Made by a program: the position numbers and the translations under genes. A DNA stretch of 64,000 nt, taken from assembly GCF_009914755.1 (NCBI RefSeq), contig NC_060935.1. The stretch is one strand, 5' to 3'. The notes under the pieces are model-generated. The model saw only the letters and a program-made list of their open reading frames with translations, ran no database searches and had not been told where the DNA came from. This document shows, one piece after another, positions 27,137 through 45,593 of the stretch. The DNA comes from the human T2T-CHM13v2.0 reference genome, Homo sapiens. Every line of letters starts with the position of its first letter. The first letter of the stretch is position 1.

Positions 27137-27226
27137 GGAACTCTGTCTCTGATGCTGGTTTCTACTGTGTTGGAGTTCTGCCTAGCTGTGCTCACTGCTG
27201 TGCTGCAGTGGAAACAGACTGTCTGA
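27137..27226 (+). CDS. MS4A6E: MS4A6E coding exon 3 (aa 119-147 plus TGA; last TM helix)
   Basis: Acceptor TTGACTTTCAG|GGA; GTLSLMLVSTVLEFCLAVLTAVLQWKQTV*; spliced total 49+69+29 = 147 aa; a further donor TGG|GTGAGT lies at 27236. Confidence 0.95.
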   Translation, partial: GTLSLMLVSTVLEFCLAVLTAVLQWKQTV

Positions 27227-28023
27227 CTTCCCTGGGTGAGTGTGCTGGCCAGCCTCGCTTAATCTTGCCTAGTGTATCTTATCTCTGCACTGTGTTGAGT
27301 ATGTCACCAAGAGTGGTAGAAGGAACAATCAGTCAGTCATGAGATACACATGGGAGGTCATTTAAATGGTGATGGAAGACCGAGAAGAAAAGCAGATGGT
27401 AATTGAGTAGCTGACAAGCTGAGAGTTCACTGGATATGAAAATAGTTAAAATGAGAACTCAACTGGTTCATTCTTCCCATTTTGTCATTGAAGGGAATGA
27501 GACTCTGGGAAGTTAAATGACTGGGCTGGCATTATGATATGAGTTTGTACCTGTGCTGAGGACGCTAGAACCTGGCTTGCCTCCCTTCTAAGCAGAAACA
27601 ATTTCTGCCACAACCACTAGTCTCTTTAATAGTATTGACTTGGTAAAGGGCCTTTACACATGTGACTGGATCCAGTGAATGTCTTATGCTCTGCTTTTCC
27701 TCCTGGTGATTTTAAAATTCTTTTTCCTTTTAAAAGATATATTAAAAATGTATTGTTGAATCAAATTCCAAGGGATACCACCCCTATGGACTTATTGCTT
27801 TATTTAACTGAATTTAAAAGCCTTGATTTATCCAGAATTTTATTATAGAGAATAGAAGAATACTAGACTGATAAATTGTAATTATTTGAAGAACCCAGTG
27901 ATCTGCTCTACTTGTCTTGGATTAGCTAAGAATTCTATGTATACAGTTGGAAAAAATGGCATATCCACATGTATCTTGAACCTGAGTAAAGTCTGAAGAC
28001 CTAACATACTTTGTTTCTTCTAA

Positions 28024-28127
28024 AGTGTGCTTTTCCTGCCTCACAGTTACTCATGTCCTCAAAGACGACTCATGATGCTGGATATGAAGAACTATTGACT
28101 TCTTGGGAAAAAACGGAGAAATATTAA
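28024..28127 (+). pseudogene. Fossil MS4A6A-type terminal coding exon, now presumably MS4A6E 3'UTR
   Basis: Translates SVLFLPHSY / MSSKTTHDAGYEELLTS, matching the recalled MS4A6A C-terminus SVLFLPHSYIGNSGMSSKMTHDCGYEELLTS, with an internal deletion and an altered acceptor. Confidence 0.85.
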
Positions 28128-28586
28128 TTGGAAAGTTGATTTTTATGATAATATGGAAAACCTAACCATTATAAAAAAGCAAACTTGAGTTTCCTAAATG
28201 TAAGCATTTAAAGTAATGCATATTTGTTTTAAAAAATTATTTCGCTGTCATTTATGATATGTGTTCATTGGGGATCTCTTGGTTTGCCTGATACTGACTT
28301 CAGCAAAAGCACAGGGCTGTAAATTACCATTTACTAGACTAGCCAAATAGTCTTAGACATTTCCCAGAAAACTAGGCAGAATGATGATTCAATGGATCAC
28401 AGTGAGGCAAAGGATACAGCTTTTTCTTATACTCCTCAATTGTGAACAGGAGTTAACTGATTTGCTGTGGTGCGCAGACTCTTTTATCACAGGTGCTACT
28501 GATTTATCCCATGTATTTTACTCATTAGTGCATAAAGGCAAACCCCATAATGAAGTCTCCGAGTGTATGAAAGTAGCCGGCTTCAA

Positions 28587-28657
28587 AATAAAATCTTTGA
28601 GTGCATACTTTATTTTAATACTTATTTTGTTATTTTTTCCTTTAAACACAGAATAAA
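28587..28657 (+). terminator. Candidate polyadenylation signals for MS4A6E
   Basis: AATAAA at 28587-28592 followed by a T-rich tract, and AATAAA at 28652-28657; usage not provable from sequence. Confidence 0.45.
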
Positions 28658-29412
28658 TCAACAATGACAGACATAAACCCAAATTTTAACTCAATTTTCT
28701 CCTCACCAATATTCAAACAAAACTAATGAGTGAACAAATGCTAACCAGGAATGCTTATCTGTTATGAAGAGACAACCAGTTCATACTTACGTCCTTATTT
28801 CAAAATAAAAAAGACGAATTGTTTGAGTATAACAAACATAAGCCTCACCTTGCTCATGCACACACACGCACACACACACACACACGTGTAAAAAAGTATT
28901 TCAATTTTATATGACCTCCATTTCTTTGAAAGATTTTGTCATATTTCCTTGCTCTGACCCTCTGTAGCAGGGGTCATACTTCATACTCACTGTCTCAGAT
29001 ATCCTGATACTCAGAGAGTTTCTCTGCTCTTTTTTTCCAGTCTCAAATGGAACTGTCAGTTTCTTTGATTTTAGCTTTATCTTCAAATCTGTTTCATTAG
29101 GTCTTCTCCCTGTCCTTTGCACCCCCCACTGACACACACCATTTCTTTTATTTATTTGCCTATTGTGGACATTCAACTTTTATTGATACTTATTGGATAC
29201 CAGACACTATGCTTTTAATGCCAGGGCTACCAAAGTGAATAAGATACATGATTTGGCTTCAAGATATTTATAGTCAAATAAGGAAAACAGAGATGACAAT
29301 GAAGTTAGGGATTTCGCTAACTGTTATTTGAGCACAGAATAAAGACACTAACTGTTATTTGAGCACAGAATAAAGAATATCATCTTCTGCCTAAAAGAAT
29401 GTAGAGGATAAA

Positions 29413-29415
<3 letters not shown>

Positions 29416-29468
<53 letters not shown>
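29416..29468. repeat. Compound (TG)n(AG)n microsatellite
   Basis: Direct reading. Confidence 0.95.
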
Positions 29469-29469
<1 letters not shown>

Positions 29470-29574
29470 AGGGGGGGGAGAGAAAGACAGAAAAGACAGA
29501 ATGTACTTCCTTTGAAAATCCACCTCCCCACTATTAATCACATGGTGCCACCTTCCGCCACAGGAGAGGACCAT

Positions 29575-30205
29575 TGAAGCATTGTCATTTGTCTGGGGTA
29601 ATATCAGAGGTTCATTGTCTCATGCCAAGAAAATTGAAGACATGGACACACAAAGAGTGAATTTAAGAGCAGAAGTTTAATGGCTAAAAGAAAGAAGAGT
29701 GCTTCCTCATGCAGAGGAAGGGATCCCGAATGGATTTCTGGGTTTGGGCTGAAGATGAGGCTGGTTTTATAGATGAGTCTGAGGAGGTCGTGTCTGATTT
29801 ACATCAGGCATAGTAGATTGGTTGGACCAGATGTGCCATTTACATAGCATGGGAAGTGCTGGCCATCCCACACTAATCTTTTATTATGCAGATGGGGTCT
29901 CCACCTGGCCGGCACCATATTGCCTGCTTTTTTGCTGCACACATGGTGACAAAGAAAAGGGAAGAGGGAACCTCCATGCTTAATATATCTAGCTTCCAGG
30001 TATCCCTTTTCTATTGGCACAACTGCTGGCATTCACCTTTGCAAGCTTCCAGCTTGCTTATCTATTCTTGCAGCTGGATTTTTCAGGCTTCTTTTGCTAG
30101 ACAAGAAATGATTTGGGGGCTGCTTTTTAATAAAAAGAAAATCTTACTGAGAACTCCCTTACCCTCACTAGCTACTTAAATAATTTCTTTTTAGCTCCTG
30201 TGTTA
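29575..30205 (-). mobile_element. 3' LTR of a class I ERV (MER50/MER4-group-like)
   Basis: Minus strand starts TAACACAGGAGCTAAAAAGAAATTATTTAAG right after a polypurine tract (GAGGGGAGAAA) and ends ...ACCCCAGACAAATGACAATGCTTCA. Confidence 0.8.
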
Positions 30206-36213
<6,008 letters not shown>

Positions 36214-38044
36214 AGGAGAAGAATGGGAGTGAAGAACAATTAGACAAAGTCTAAAAGATTTCTTTCAATTCACCCAGAGTGAAGAGAATGGGGTGGGGGT
36301 GGATAAAAAAGTGCAATAAAGTTAGGATAGCACAAAAAGCACTTTTTGAAATTAAAGCACTTTAATATTGTCTTGAGAATCAACTTATGATAAGCTTTTA
36401 ATATTCTCAATTATCCTTACAAACACCTTTCAACATAAGTAATCATCTCTACATTTAGCAGATGAAAAAGAGGCTCAGAGGGATGACTTACTGTATCCAC
36501 TAGACTCTCCAGTAGGCAGAGTCGGGTATTGAGTGGTTTGAGCCCTTACAGACACTAGGTCTGCTTAGCTCCCGTATTCCATACCAAGAGGGTTTGGGCA
36601 ACATCTGGATCACGGATCCAAAGTACACCTTCTGCCTCCTAGTATGTGCTACACCTAGGCCACGCACCTCCAATCCCTTGGCTTTTCTTCTTAAAGGAAA
36701 GCCCTGGGTGATGGCTGATAGGCAGAATATTCCATGATCTTCCTAAGGGTCCATGAGGGATAGCAACCTGGAGGTCATTGTTACTCTCCAAGGCTTTCAG
36801 AAGCTGACTCAGTTTATTACTTCTCAGGCTGCCAGGCAAACAAACAAAAAACACTCTTTCTCTTCTAATGAATGAAAAGCTAGAAGATGTTCACTTGGGC
36901 CAAGGAAAATAATCAGGGCGTAGTAGGCAGCTATAGTCCTGATTCTGTGGTTTTCCATATTTAGGTTCAACCTCGGGTCATTGGCTGAGATCAGCTGGAC
37001 CTGGGTGTCATCTGATCACTTTTGTTACAGGACCAGTCCTGAGCCTGTGCACTGAGGCCTCTTCAGTTCTTTCTCTGAACCAGTAATACAAGATTCCAAA
37101 TGCCAGGTACAGGAGAAACCCAGTGTTGGAGTTTTCTTGTCCCAGGTTTTTAAAAGACACGTAAGGACAAAGGATGTCAAGATGTAGAACTTTGATGTTC
37201 AACTTTCTCCTTCAGTCTTCCTTGACCTTCTCTCCAGCCCTGAAGGAAATATACCATTTCCATGCCATGAAATTGCCCCATGGACATAATTGTGGTGCAT
37301 TCTGACTAGACACAATCAAAACACAGCAGGACTTGCGTTTCACTACCAGTCCCTAAAAGACCACATAACAGCTACCACATATTCTTACTGAAAGAGCCTC
37401 CCTGGGTACTTGGACTCCAACACTCTTCATGCTGATCATGTAAAAACTGCAGTGTTGCATGTCCTTTCCCAGCTTCCTCTTTCCCAGGGACTTTCATATC
37501 TTGACTGTTTCTCTTGCAGTACTCTTGGAGCTTTTCTCCACCAACAACTTGCTTTTTTTGTTTTTTGTGTTTTTTTTTGCATTTCAAGACACATCACTTT
37601 TTGTTTATTTTGTTATATAAATTATTTATTTTCAAATCCATTGTTTTTCATGCATAAATGCATGGCCATGTCTATTTCTTTTAGTTAAATTGTCTGTCTG
37701 GTCATGCACTTCATCCATTTATATTTTTTTCTGTCTTTCTTTCTCTTGTGCCTTATTATAGATGTTATAAAGATTTATCCCTTGTTATAATTTGGCTTTG
37801 CCTTTTGAATTGTTTATCAGATTTTTATGTTAATTTAAAAATGCTGAAATTTTTGGATAATTAAACATATTTTATATGTGTAGAAATTGCTTCCAAACTC
37901 TAAATGACAACAAGGAAACAGACATCTTCTTTTTTCTTATTTTTTTAATCACTTGGCATTTTCTTATTTATAGTATAAGTATAGTTATAGTTATAGTATA
38001 AGTTATAGTATAAGTAATATGAGGCAGGACCTAATGTATATATT

Positions 38045-38881
38045 TTAAATCAGAAATAAAATTCCAAGTTCCCCAATCAACTGATGGACCCTCCTCTTGG
38101 CCAAGGGCATTCCAAAATTAACCTGAAAAACTAGTTCAGGCCATGATGGAAAGTGGGGGTTAGACACGCCGCATTATACAATCCTTTCTTTGGAATTCAG
38201 GCACAGCTTACCAGCATTAACATTAAAACAGAGACCTCAAGATTGATGGAACAGTCTCTTTAAGTCCAATAGGAAACATTTACAATCTATTCACGCTGAA
38301 GCCTGCTACCAGGAGTCTTCAATAAGAACTTTGGTCTCCACAATTCCTTATCTTAAGCCAGACACTCCCTTCTATTGATTCCAGGTCTTTAGATAAACTC
38401 TTTCAATCAATTGCCAGCCAGAAAATGTTTCGAGCTACTTATGATCTGTAACCCCCATCTCCAGCCCCCACTTTGGGGCATAGCTTGGTTTTATACATTT
38501 TAGGGAGACATGAGATATCAATCAATATTTGTAAGATGTACATTGGTTCTGCACAGAAAGGCAGGACAACTCAAAGCTGGGAGGGGTCTTCCTGGTTATA
38601 GGTAGGTAAGAGACAAATGGCTGCATTCTTTTGAGTTTCTGATTAACCTTTCCATAGGAGGCAATCACATCTGCATTAATTCAGTGAGCAGAGGCATGAC
38701 TTTGAGTTCTGTCTGCCCTTGTCCACAAGGAAATTCCTTGTGAGAGAGGTATGTGGCTTATCTTAGTAGGTATCTTTATTTTAGGAATAGAATGGGAGGA
38801 AGGTTTGCCCTAAGAAAGTCCCTGCTTGACTTTTCCTTTTGGCTTAGTGACTTGGGGGTACCAATATATTTTCCTTTCACA
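38045..38881. mobile_element. Two MER4-family LTR halves joined in opposite orientation
   Basis: + strand MER4D/E-like 5' part (AAATAAAATTCCAAG...GGCCAAGGGCATTCC) to ~38470, then - strand MER4A-like part ending TTTTCCTTTCACA. Confidence 0.72.
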
Positions 38882-38910
38882 TTTCTCTCAGATACTTTTG
38901 AGTTTACAGT

Positions 38911-38942
<32 letters not shown>

Positions 38943-39194
38943 GCACATTTAACCACTTGTTCTATTATTACTTACTGAGTTAACTGTGTTTCTGTCTATG
39001 GTTTAAAATATATTTTTAAAAATACACTCAACATTTATTTACATTCATTGTAGTACTACATTTGTCTAGTCTCATTTTTTTGTCATTCAGTCTATTTCAA
39101 CACAAGTAACACATCACTTGTATTAGTACACTGCATTTTAATTTCTGACAGTACAATCCTTACTTCAACACTACTCTTTATTAAAATGATTTTG

Positions 39195-39520
<326 letters not shown>

Positions 39521-41471
39521 TCATTCCACATGAACATAAAAATCATTAAGTCAAGTTCCACAAGGGTTTTATTTGGAAGCACATTATATTACATCTGAAA
39601 AAAATTTGGAATAATTGACAACCAGAAATATGTCAGTACAGTCAAGTGTCCATTTGCCTTCCTAAATAAAAAATGTGTATCTTTTATCATATAAATTCTT
39701 CATGTTTTCAATTAGGTGAATTACCAAATATTTCATATTTTGTTTTAATATGAACACTTTAGATGTTTAACCTGGTTATTAACAATTAAAAATCTATAAC
39801 TATTCATTGGGCTTGAAATTAATCTTACTTTGGTAACAAATATTTGTATTATTTACTTCTAGTTTTATTGCAATTGATTAGTTAACATGGCCTGCAATTT
39901 TTGTTTTATTTATTTGGAATGGATATATGGCCAATTGTTGCCAATGTACCAAGGATTCTTAAAAAGCATGCTTTCTTTAGTGTTGATTCATTCAAGTATT
40001 TTATAATTCAAATCATATTTTTTGGCTTACATTCATCAAAACTTATATTTGTTAAAAATTTTCATGATTACTATGTTTTTGTTAGTTTCTCATACTCAGG
40101 CACATTTTTTATTAGTAGTATATTATATTATTTGATCATAAAATTGTAAACAACATATTATTATAAATGAATTCCTTTGTCATATTTAAGAATTTTCCTT
40201 AGACATTTTATTGCCTAATATTAATACACCATCCTTTGTCTTATTATTTTGCATTTTCTGACCTTTATTTGCCTTTCCTTACCCTTACATTCACTACTAT
40301 AATAGGAACCTTTGGAATAGAAATGGGATTTTGGCACTGTGCTGCTTATATCCTTCTGTGGCTACACATTGTCTCTATGACAAAGCCCAATGTCTCCAGG
40401 AAGCATTCAAAGCCCTGTAAATCTCTCATTTTGCACATCCAGGATCTTATCTCTCTCCCAACTGAATCTGTCACTTCTCCCTCTGTGATAGAATAATACT
40501 AAAGTGTTTCCAGGTCTGCTAGTAAGCCAAACTGTTTCAGAACTCTAGTCTCTGCACATTGATCCCTCTACCGAGAATGCATATGGCTACAAGCACCTGC
40601 TGTTCTTTGAAAGCATGATTTGAAAGTTAATTTTCAATGGAGCCTCCTCTTCCAAGAGAAGTTTAATATCTGACCTTTGTGCTCCCATGATGCTCCCTAT
40701 GTACTGTGTGACCTTTGTGCTCCCATGATGCTCCCTATGTACTGTGTTCAAGGGCAGGGACATTATCTTCCACAGGTATTGTTAGTCTCTAGCAGTGTTG
40801 CATGCACCAGATACTTAATAAATATTGGCTGAATAAAATAATTCTGAATGGTAGCTCATTTGGACTAGAAACCCAGGATAACTCTAGAAAGGTGGGACAA
40901 AAATGGCAGTCTTGTTCACATATACAGTGGCTGTCACTTAGGAGTCCCTCCCGTGTGAAGCAGAGAATTGTTGCTGTACAAATCTGTTTTCAAACATGCC
41001 TTCATGGAAAGAGAGTAACAGCAACATGGAAAAATATGTGAATTTGGAACAAGAGCAAAATAAGATGACAGAGCAATAGTAGACAGTGTAATTACTTGAT
41101 ATCAATGCTAGGCAGTGTATTAGCATATTTCTTTTGCACAATTGGGTGCACAATAGTAGCATTAAATGCCGCAGCCTGTGATGTATTCATCAAGACTCCT
41201 CAACTCAGTATCAATTTCCTACAGCCTAGAAAAACTGTTTGTCTAAGTATTCATTAGGAAGAGCCACAATTTTTGGTGGGAGGTGAGCTAAACTTTTTAC
41301 TTGGTTGTGTCAGTGTTTTTCATATATTAATCCAGATAAAGATTTCTATTGCCTCTCTCCAAATCATTTTTCCATTATTTTTCCAAAGAATGGCCTGCTT
41401 TCTTAATTTTTCCCTCCTCATTTTCCATCCTTCATTTCCAGGGCCAAGAGTAAAGGGTTTTGATAATTTAC

Positions 41472-41829
41472 TGATATTGTTTGTCTGTGTCCCCACCCAA
41501 ATCTCATCTTGAATTGTAACTGCCACAATTCCCACGTTTCGTGGGAGGAACCCAGTGGGAGGTGATTGAATTATGGGGGCGGGTCTTTCCTGCACTGTTC
41601 TCCTGATAGTGAATGAGTCTCATGAGATGTGATGGTTTTAAAAATGGGAGTTTCCCTGCACAAGCTCTCTTCTTTTGTCTGCCTCCTTGTGAGATGTGCC
41701 TTCCACTTTCTGCCATGTTTGTGAGGCCTCTCCAGACATGTGGAACTGTAAGTCCAATACACCTTTTTCTTTTGTAAATTGCCTAGTCTCAGGTATGTTT
41801 TTACAGCAGTGTGAAAATGGACTAATACA
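41472..41829 (+). mobile_element. Solo THE1 LTR
   Basis: TGATATTGTTTGTCTGTGTCCCCACCCAAATCTCATC...GTGAAAATGGACTAATACA; 5-bp TSD TTTAC. Confidence 0.94.
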
Positions 41830-43409
41830 TTTACCTATCTAAATTGCAATCTGAATTGGAGAAACAGTGGTCTTTGTGACATTAAATAAATTATTTTTTG
41901 TGTTTCTAAATGGAAATGGAGGATGAAAAGGGAGAAGTACATTATCATACAGAGAAAATCTAAACAAAATATGTAGGCTAATGTATCTGAAAACTACAGA
42001 GTTGAAGCAAACTTCAAAAAATAGGAACTACTGGTTTAGATGTTTAGATGTCATGGAGACTCCAGCCCATACTCCTGTGTACACCTGTGCAGTGTATTAG
42101 CTCTACCCTCTACTGTGTGTTGGCTTAATGCTTAGGCCTATTTCCCACCTCTTAGCAAAAATTTCCACATCAAGTATTGGCCTTACATCCATTTATCATC
42201 CTGCAGTTTGGAAGAATAGTGTTGTCTGAAGTTTCAAAACAAGACTATTGATAATCATTCTGACGAGGCCATGTAAGGTTATATGTCCACATTGGTTCAA
42301 TCATTGCAATGGAAAGTGGGGGTGAAAAGCACTGATTGACTTAGCCTAGAGCCAGAGCACAGTGGAGGCAAGGGCGGACTCAGTCCTCAGAGTTACATGG
42401 ATCCCCAGTCGGAATTCACAGACTGTTTGAAAGAGGAAAATGGAAGATGGATTCTGGGCAGGCAACAAGCGCATGCTACAGGTCACTCCTTTGTCTGCCC
42501 TATGCCCAAAAACACTTTCTTCTGATCCATACTTCCAACAATGATCACAGCTACATGATAGGCATTCAGCTTTTCCCAAGAGGACATCAAGCCAGAAATC
42601 TCATGCACTTAACACTGCATTGGAATATGAAGGGAGCTCTGTCTAAACAGGAAACTCTGTCTCAATAGTAACATGTGTTTCTTGGCCAGACAATTGAGCC
42701 ACCTCCAGGTATGTTCTCCAGGAAGATTGCCTTGGTCCATTGTTCTCTACAACCACATCCAGCATGGGAACTAAAAAATTGCAGCTTCTAGGAGCCCACT
42801 TAATATTTGGTACAAATTTGAGGGCCTAGATGCCAATCATCTATAGTTGTTTAATCCATAGGGCAATTCTTGGGTCTTCCACCAAGGAATAAGAAGGAAA
42901 TTAAACAAAATTTTGTCAGTCTAATAGAATAAATTACAAAAATTTAAAAAATTAAAGCATGGTGAGTAGAAAGAAAAATATACCATGAAACATTTAAAAT
43001 TTGATATATTAGTAATCAAAATAAAATTGAATACAGAATACTATTTAAAATAAATATTAAATATATTAATAATTAGAAGACATATTTAAAATATACATAT
43101 AAAATTAAATAAATGACTAAATAAATAAAACACTATGCCCTGAGAAGTGAGTTTTGTGATACTAAAAAAAAGACAATTGAAATATTATTCAAAATATTCA
43201 GAAGATTTTTTTAAAAGGGAATGCTCACAAATTTATTTTAAAAGATCTTGATCTAAACCAAACCAGAGCAATAAGAAATGGGAAAATTTTCAGATATTTT
43301 TCAATCTCTGAAAAATCATATTTAAAACACAAGGAAATATAATCCCACAGTGTAACATATATCATTCCCAAGGTGTAATTATACTGAGAATGTATGGGTG
43401 TTTTAATAA

Positions 43410-44260
43410 TATTTCACTGCGGACTTCAGAGGTTAGCATGATAAAGAAGGCAATCCTGTAGAACTTAGTGAGGGAGCAGGGCACCACGTGGCCACATCAC
43501 TGTAGACCCTGTCCCTCACAGTGACCTGAAAACAGCCACCACCAATACAGCAGAGCGCACGCACCTAAGCTCCCAGGTATCTGCCATGCAAGGCCACCTA
43601 AGCCCCTAGCTGTCTGCCATGCAGAGATGGGCTATGGTTTACAGACAGTCCCACCCCTGAAGAGAGCTCTGTCCTTCTGCTATACTGATGGTACTTTGGT
43701 GGACTCAGACAAAGGCACTGCCCAACAAGGACTAGACACCCTGTTGATCCACATGCAGCAACACAGCTAGGCCTTTAACACAGACAAGATACAAGGACCT
43801 AATGATACCCAAATGAAACTAATAAAACTCCTGGGCATAATTCAGAAAGGAGCAAAGCCTCTCATTGCAAAGATGATTGTCAAGATTTTGACCTTTTTTT
43901 TTCCCTCCCCACTCCCTCAAAAAAAAAAACCCCCCAAAAGAGCAGCAATTTGTAGACCTATTTGGCTACTGGCAGCAATCCCAAATACCCCACGTAGATA
44001 TCCTGAAAGTATTCATCTACTGGCTTACAATAAAGGCCACTACTATGGAGTTGGACCCCGACCAACAGGACACTCAGGAGGACCTCCAAAGGGCCACCCA
44101 CCCCACCCTTCTCCTGGACCCCATTGACTCCATTTGCTGTTTGAATCACAGGTCTCAGCAACCTCTCAGTTCACTGAGTGGAGCCTATGGCAAAAGAACA
44201 CACAGGCCATCGGGCTTTGGATTCATAAACGTAACTCCCCACCCCTTAAGTCTGGGCTGT
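43410..44260 (+). mobile_element. Highly degenerate ERVL-type pol (RT/connection) remnant
   Basis: Frame-hopping motifs CYTDGTLV (decayed YIDD), IKLLGI and QQFVDLFGYWQQSQIPHV, resembling HERV-L RLVGLFGFWRQHIPHL. Confidence 0.6.
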
Positions 44261-44264
44261 GAAT

Positions 44265-44856
44265 AGTGACTTCCTTTCGAAGAACACAGAATGTAAAGGG
44301 GAATAAAAAGAGTAGATTTACAGTGAAGAAGCCTGACATACACTACCTCAATCAAGTGACTAAGATAACAGTGGTAAGTCATGTTGATAGTGTGGACTGT
44401 TGATGGGATGTGATGATACTGGCTCTTTACATCTGTGATCTCCTTCCACAAAACCCAAACACCAGTCTAATCTGAGAAAAATATCAGATAAACCCCAACT
44501 GAGGGAGTTTCTACAAAACACCTGACCAGTACTCCTCAAAACTCTTAACGTTATAAAACACAAGGAAAGTATGAAAAACTGCCACAGTCTAGAGGGGCCT
44601 AAGGAGATGGACACCTGACTGGAATGCTGCACCTTGGATGGGATCCTGGAACAGAAAAAGGACATTAGATCAAAATCTAAGGAAATCTGAATAGGACAGT
44701 ATGAACGTCAGTTATCAATGTTTGTTCATTAATGGTGTATCATACTAATGTAAGATGTTCATAATTGGAGAAACTGAGTGCAGGGCACAGGAGAACTCTC
44801 TGCCATCTTCACAACTCTTCTGTAAATCTAAAACTTTTCTAGTATAAAAGTTTATT
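44265..44856 (+). mobile_element. Old L1 (L1MC/L1MD-like) 3' end
   Basis: TTTACAGTGAAGAAGCCTGAC...GGATGGGATCCTGGAACAGAAAAAGGACATTAG...CTTCTGTAAATCTAAAAC...TAAAAGTTTATT. Confidence 0.75.
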
Positions 44857-45593
44857 TCAAATTGTTTAATTTCTCTTTTGTTTTTCACTCTGTATTCTGC
44901 TAAACCATGTTGTCCAACAGAGCTCACTAAAATGGCACATGGTGAATTCACAAAATAAGATGAACTCTCCAATTTTACATTATCAACCATATACACACAC
45001 AATTTGTATACATACACAGTTTGGTGTAAATTCTCGTTCAATACCAGGTTCCCAGGAAGAAATAAAATAAAAACTTAAACTCCTTTACTTTGGGAGTTAA
45101 GCAAACACTCTCAAAATTATTCTGCCCCCATTTTTCTGTTTTGCTACATTTTGTTCAGAGATGTTTCCTTCAGATTCTGCATGGGGTTGGGGATTTTTTT
45201 TTTTATTGGCATTATTCCAACTTTTCTTAGTACCCGTTTCACATTTGCAAAATAGAGAAGTTGAAACCAAAATCAAGCCCCTTAAACAATTAGCCCAGGG
45301 AAAATTACGTTTCTAGACCTCATACTTAATCTAGACCTATGATATTATTTCCAAACACCAAAGCAGTAACTCAGGAGTATCTAAAGGAAGGAGGGTAGAT
45401 GGAGAACAAGAAACCTTGATTTTCAGCCTCAAGGATGACAATCAACTCCAGATTTCCAGAATCAATGATTTGTCTTAAAATCAGTTGACGCTGAATTCAG
45501 GCACCTTTTCATGCTGCTTTCATTGGAGGATGGAGAAATCCACGTGTGCATATTATGTTCCCTCTCAGAGCATTAGAGCCTTAGAGACATTAT

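Noticed and set aside
37008-37202. Hydrophobic ORF (GFLLYLAFGILYYWF...EEAS) vaguely like a transporter C-terminus or processed pseudogene
   Set aside because: Too short and weak to assign; no poly(A), TSD or further homology seen.
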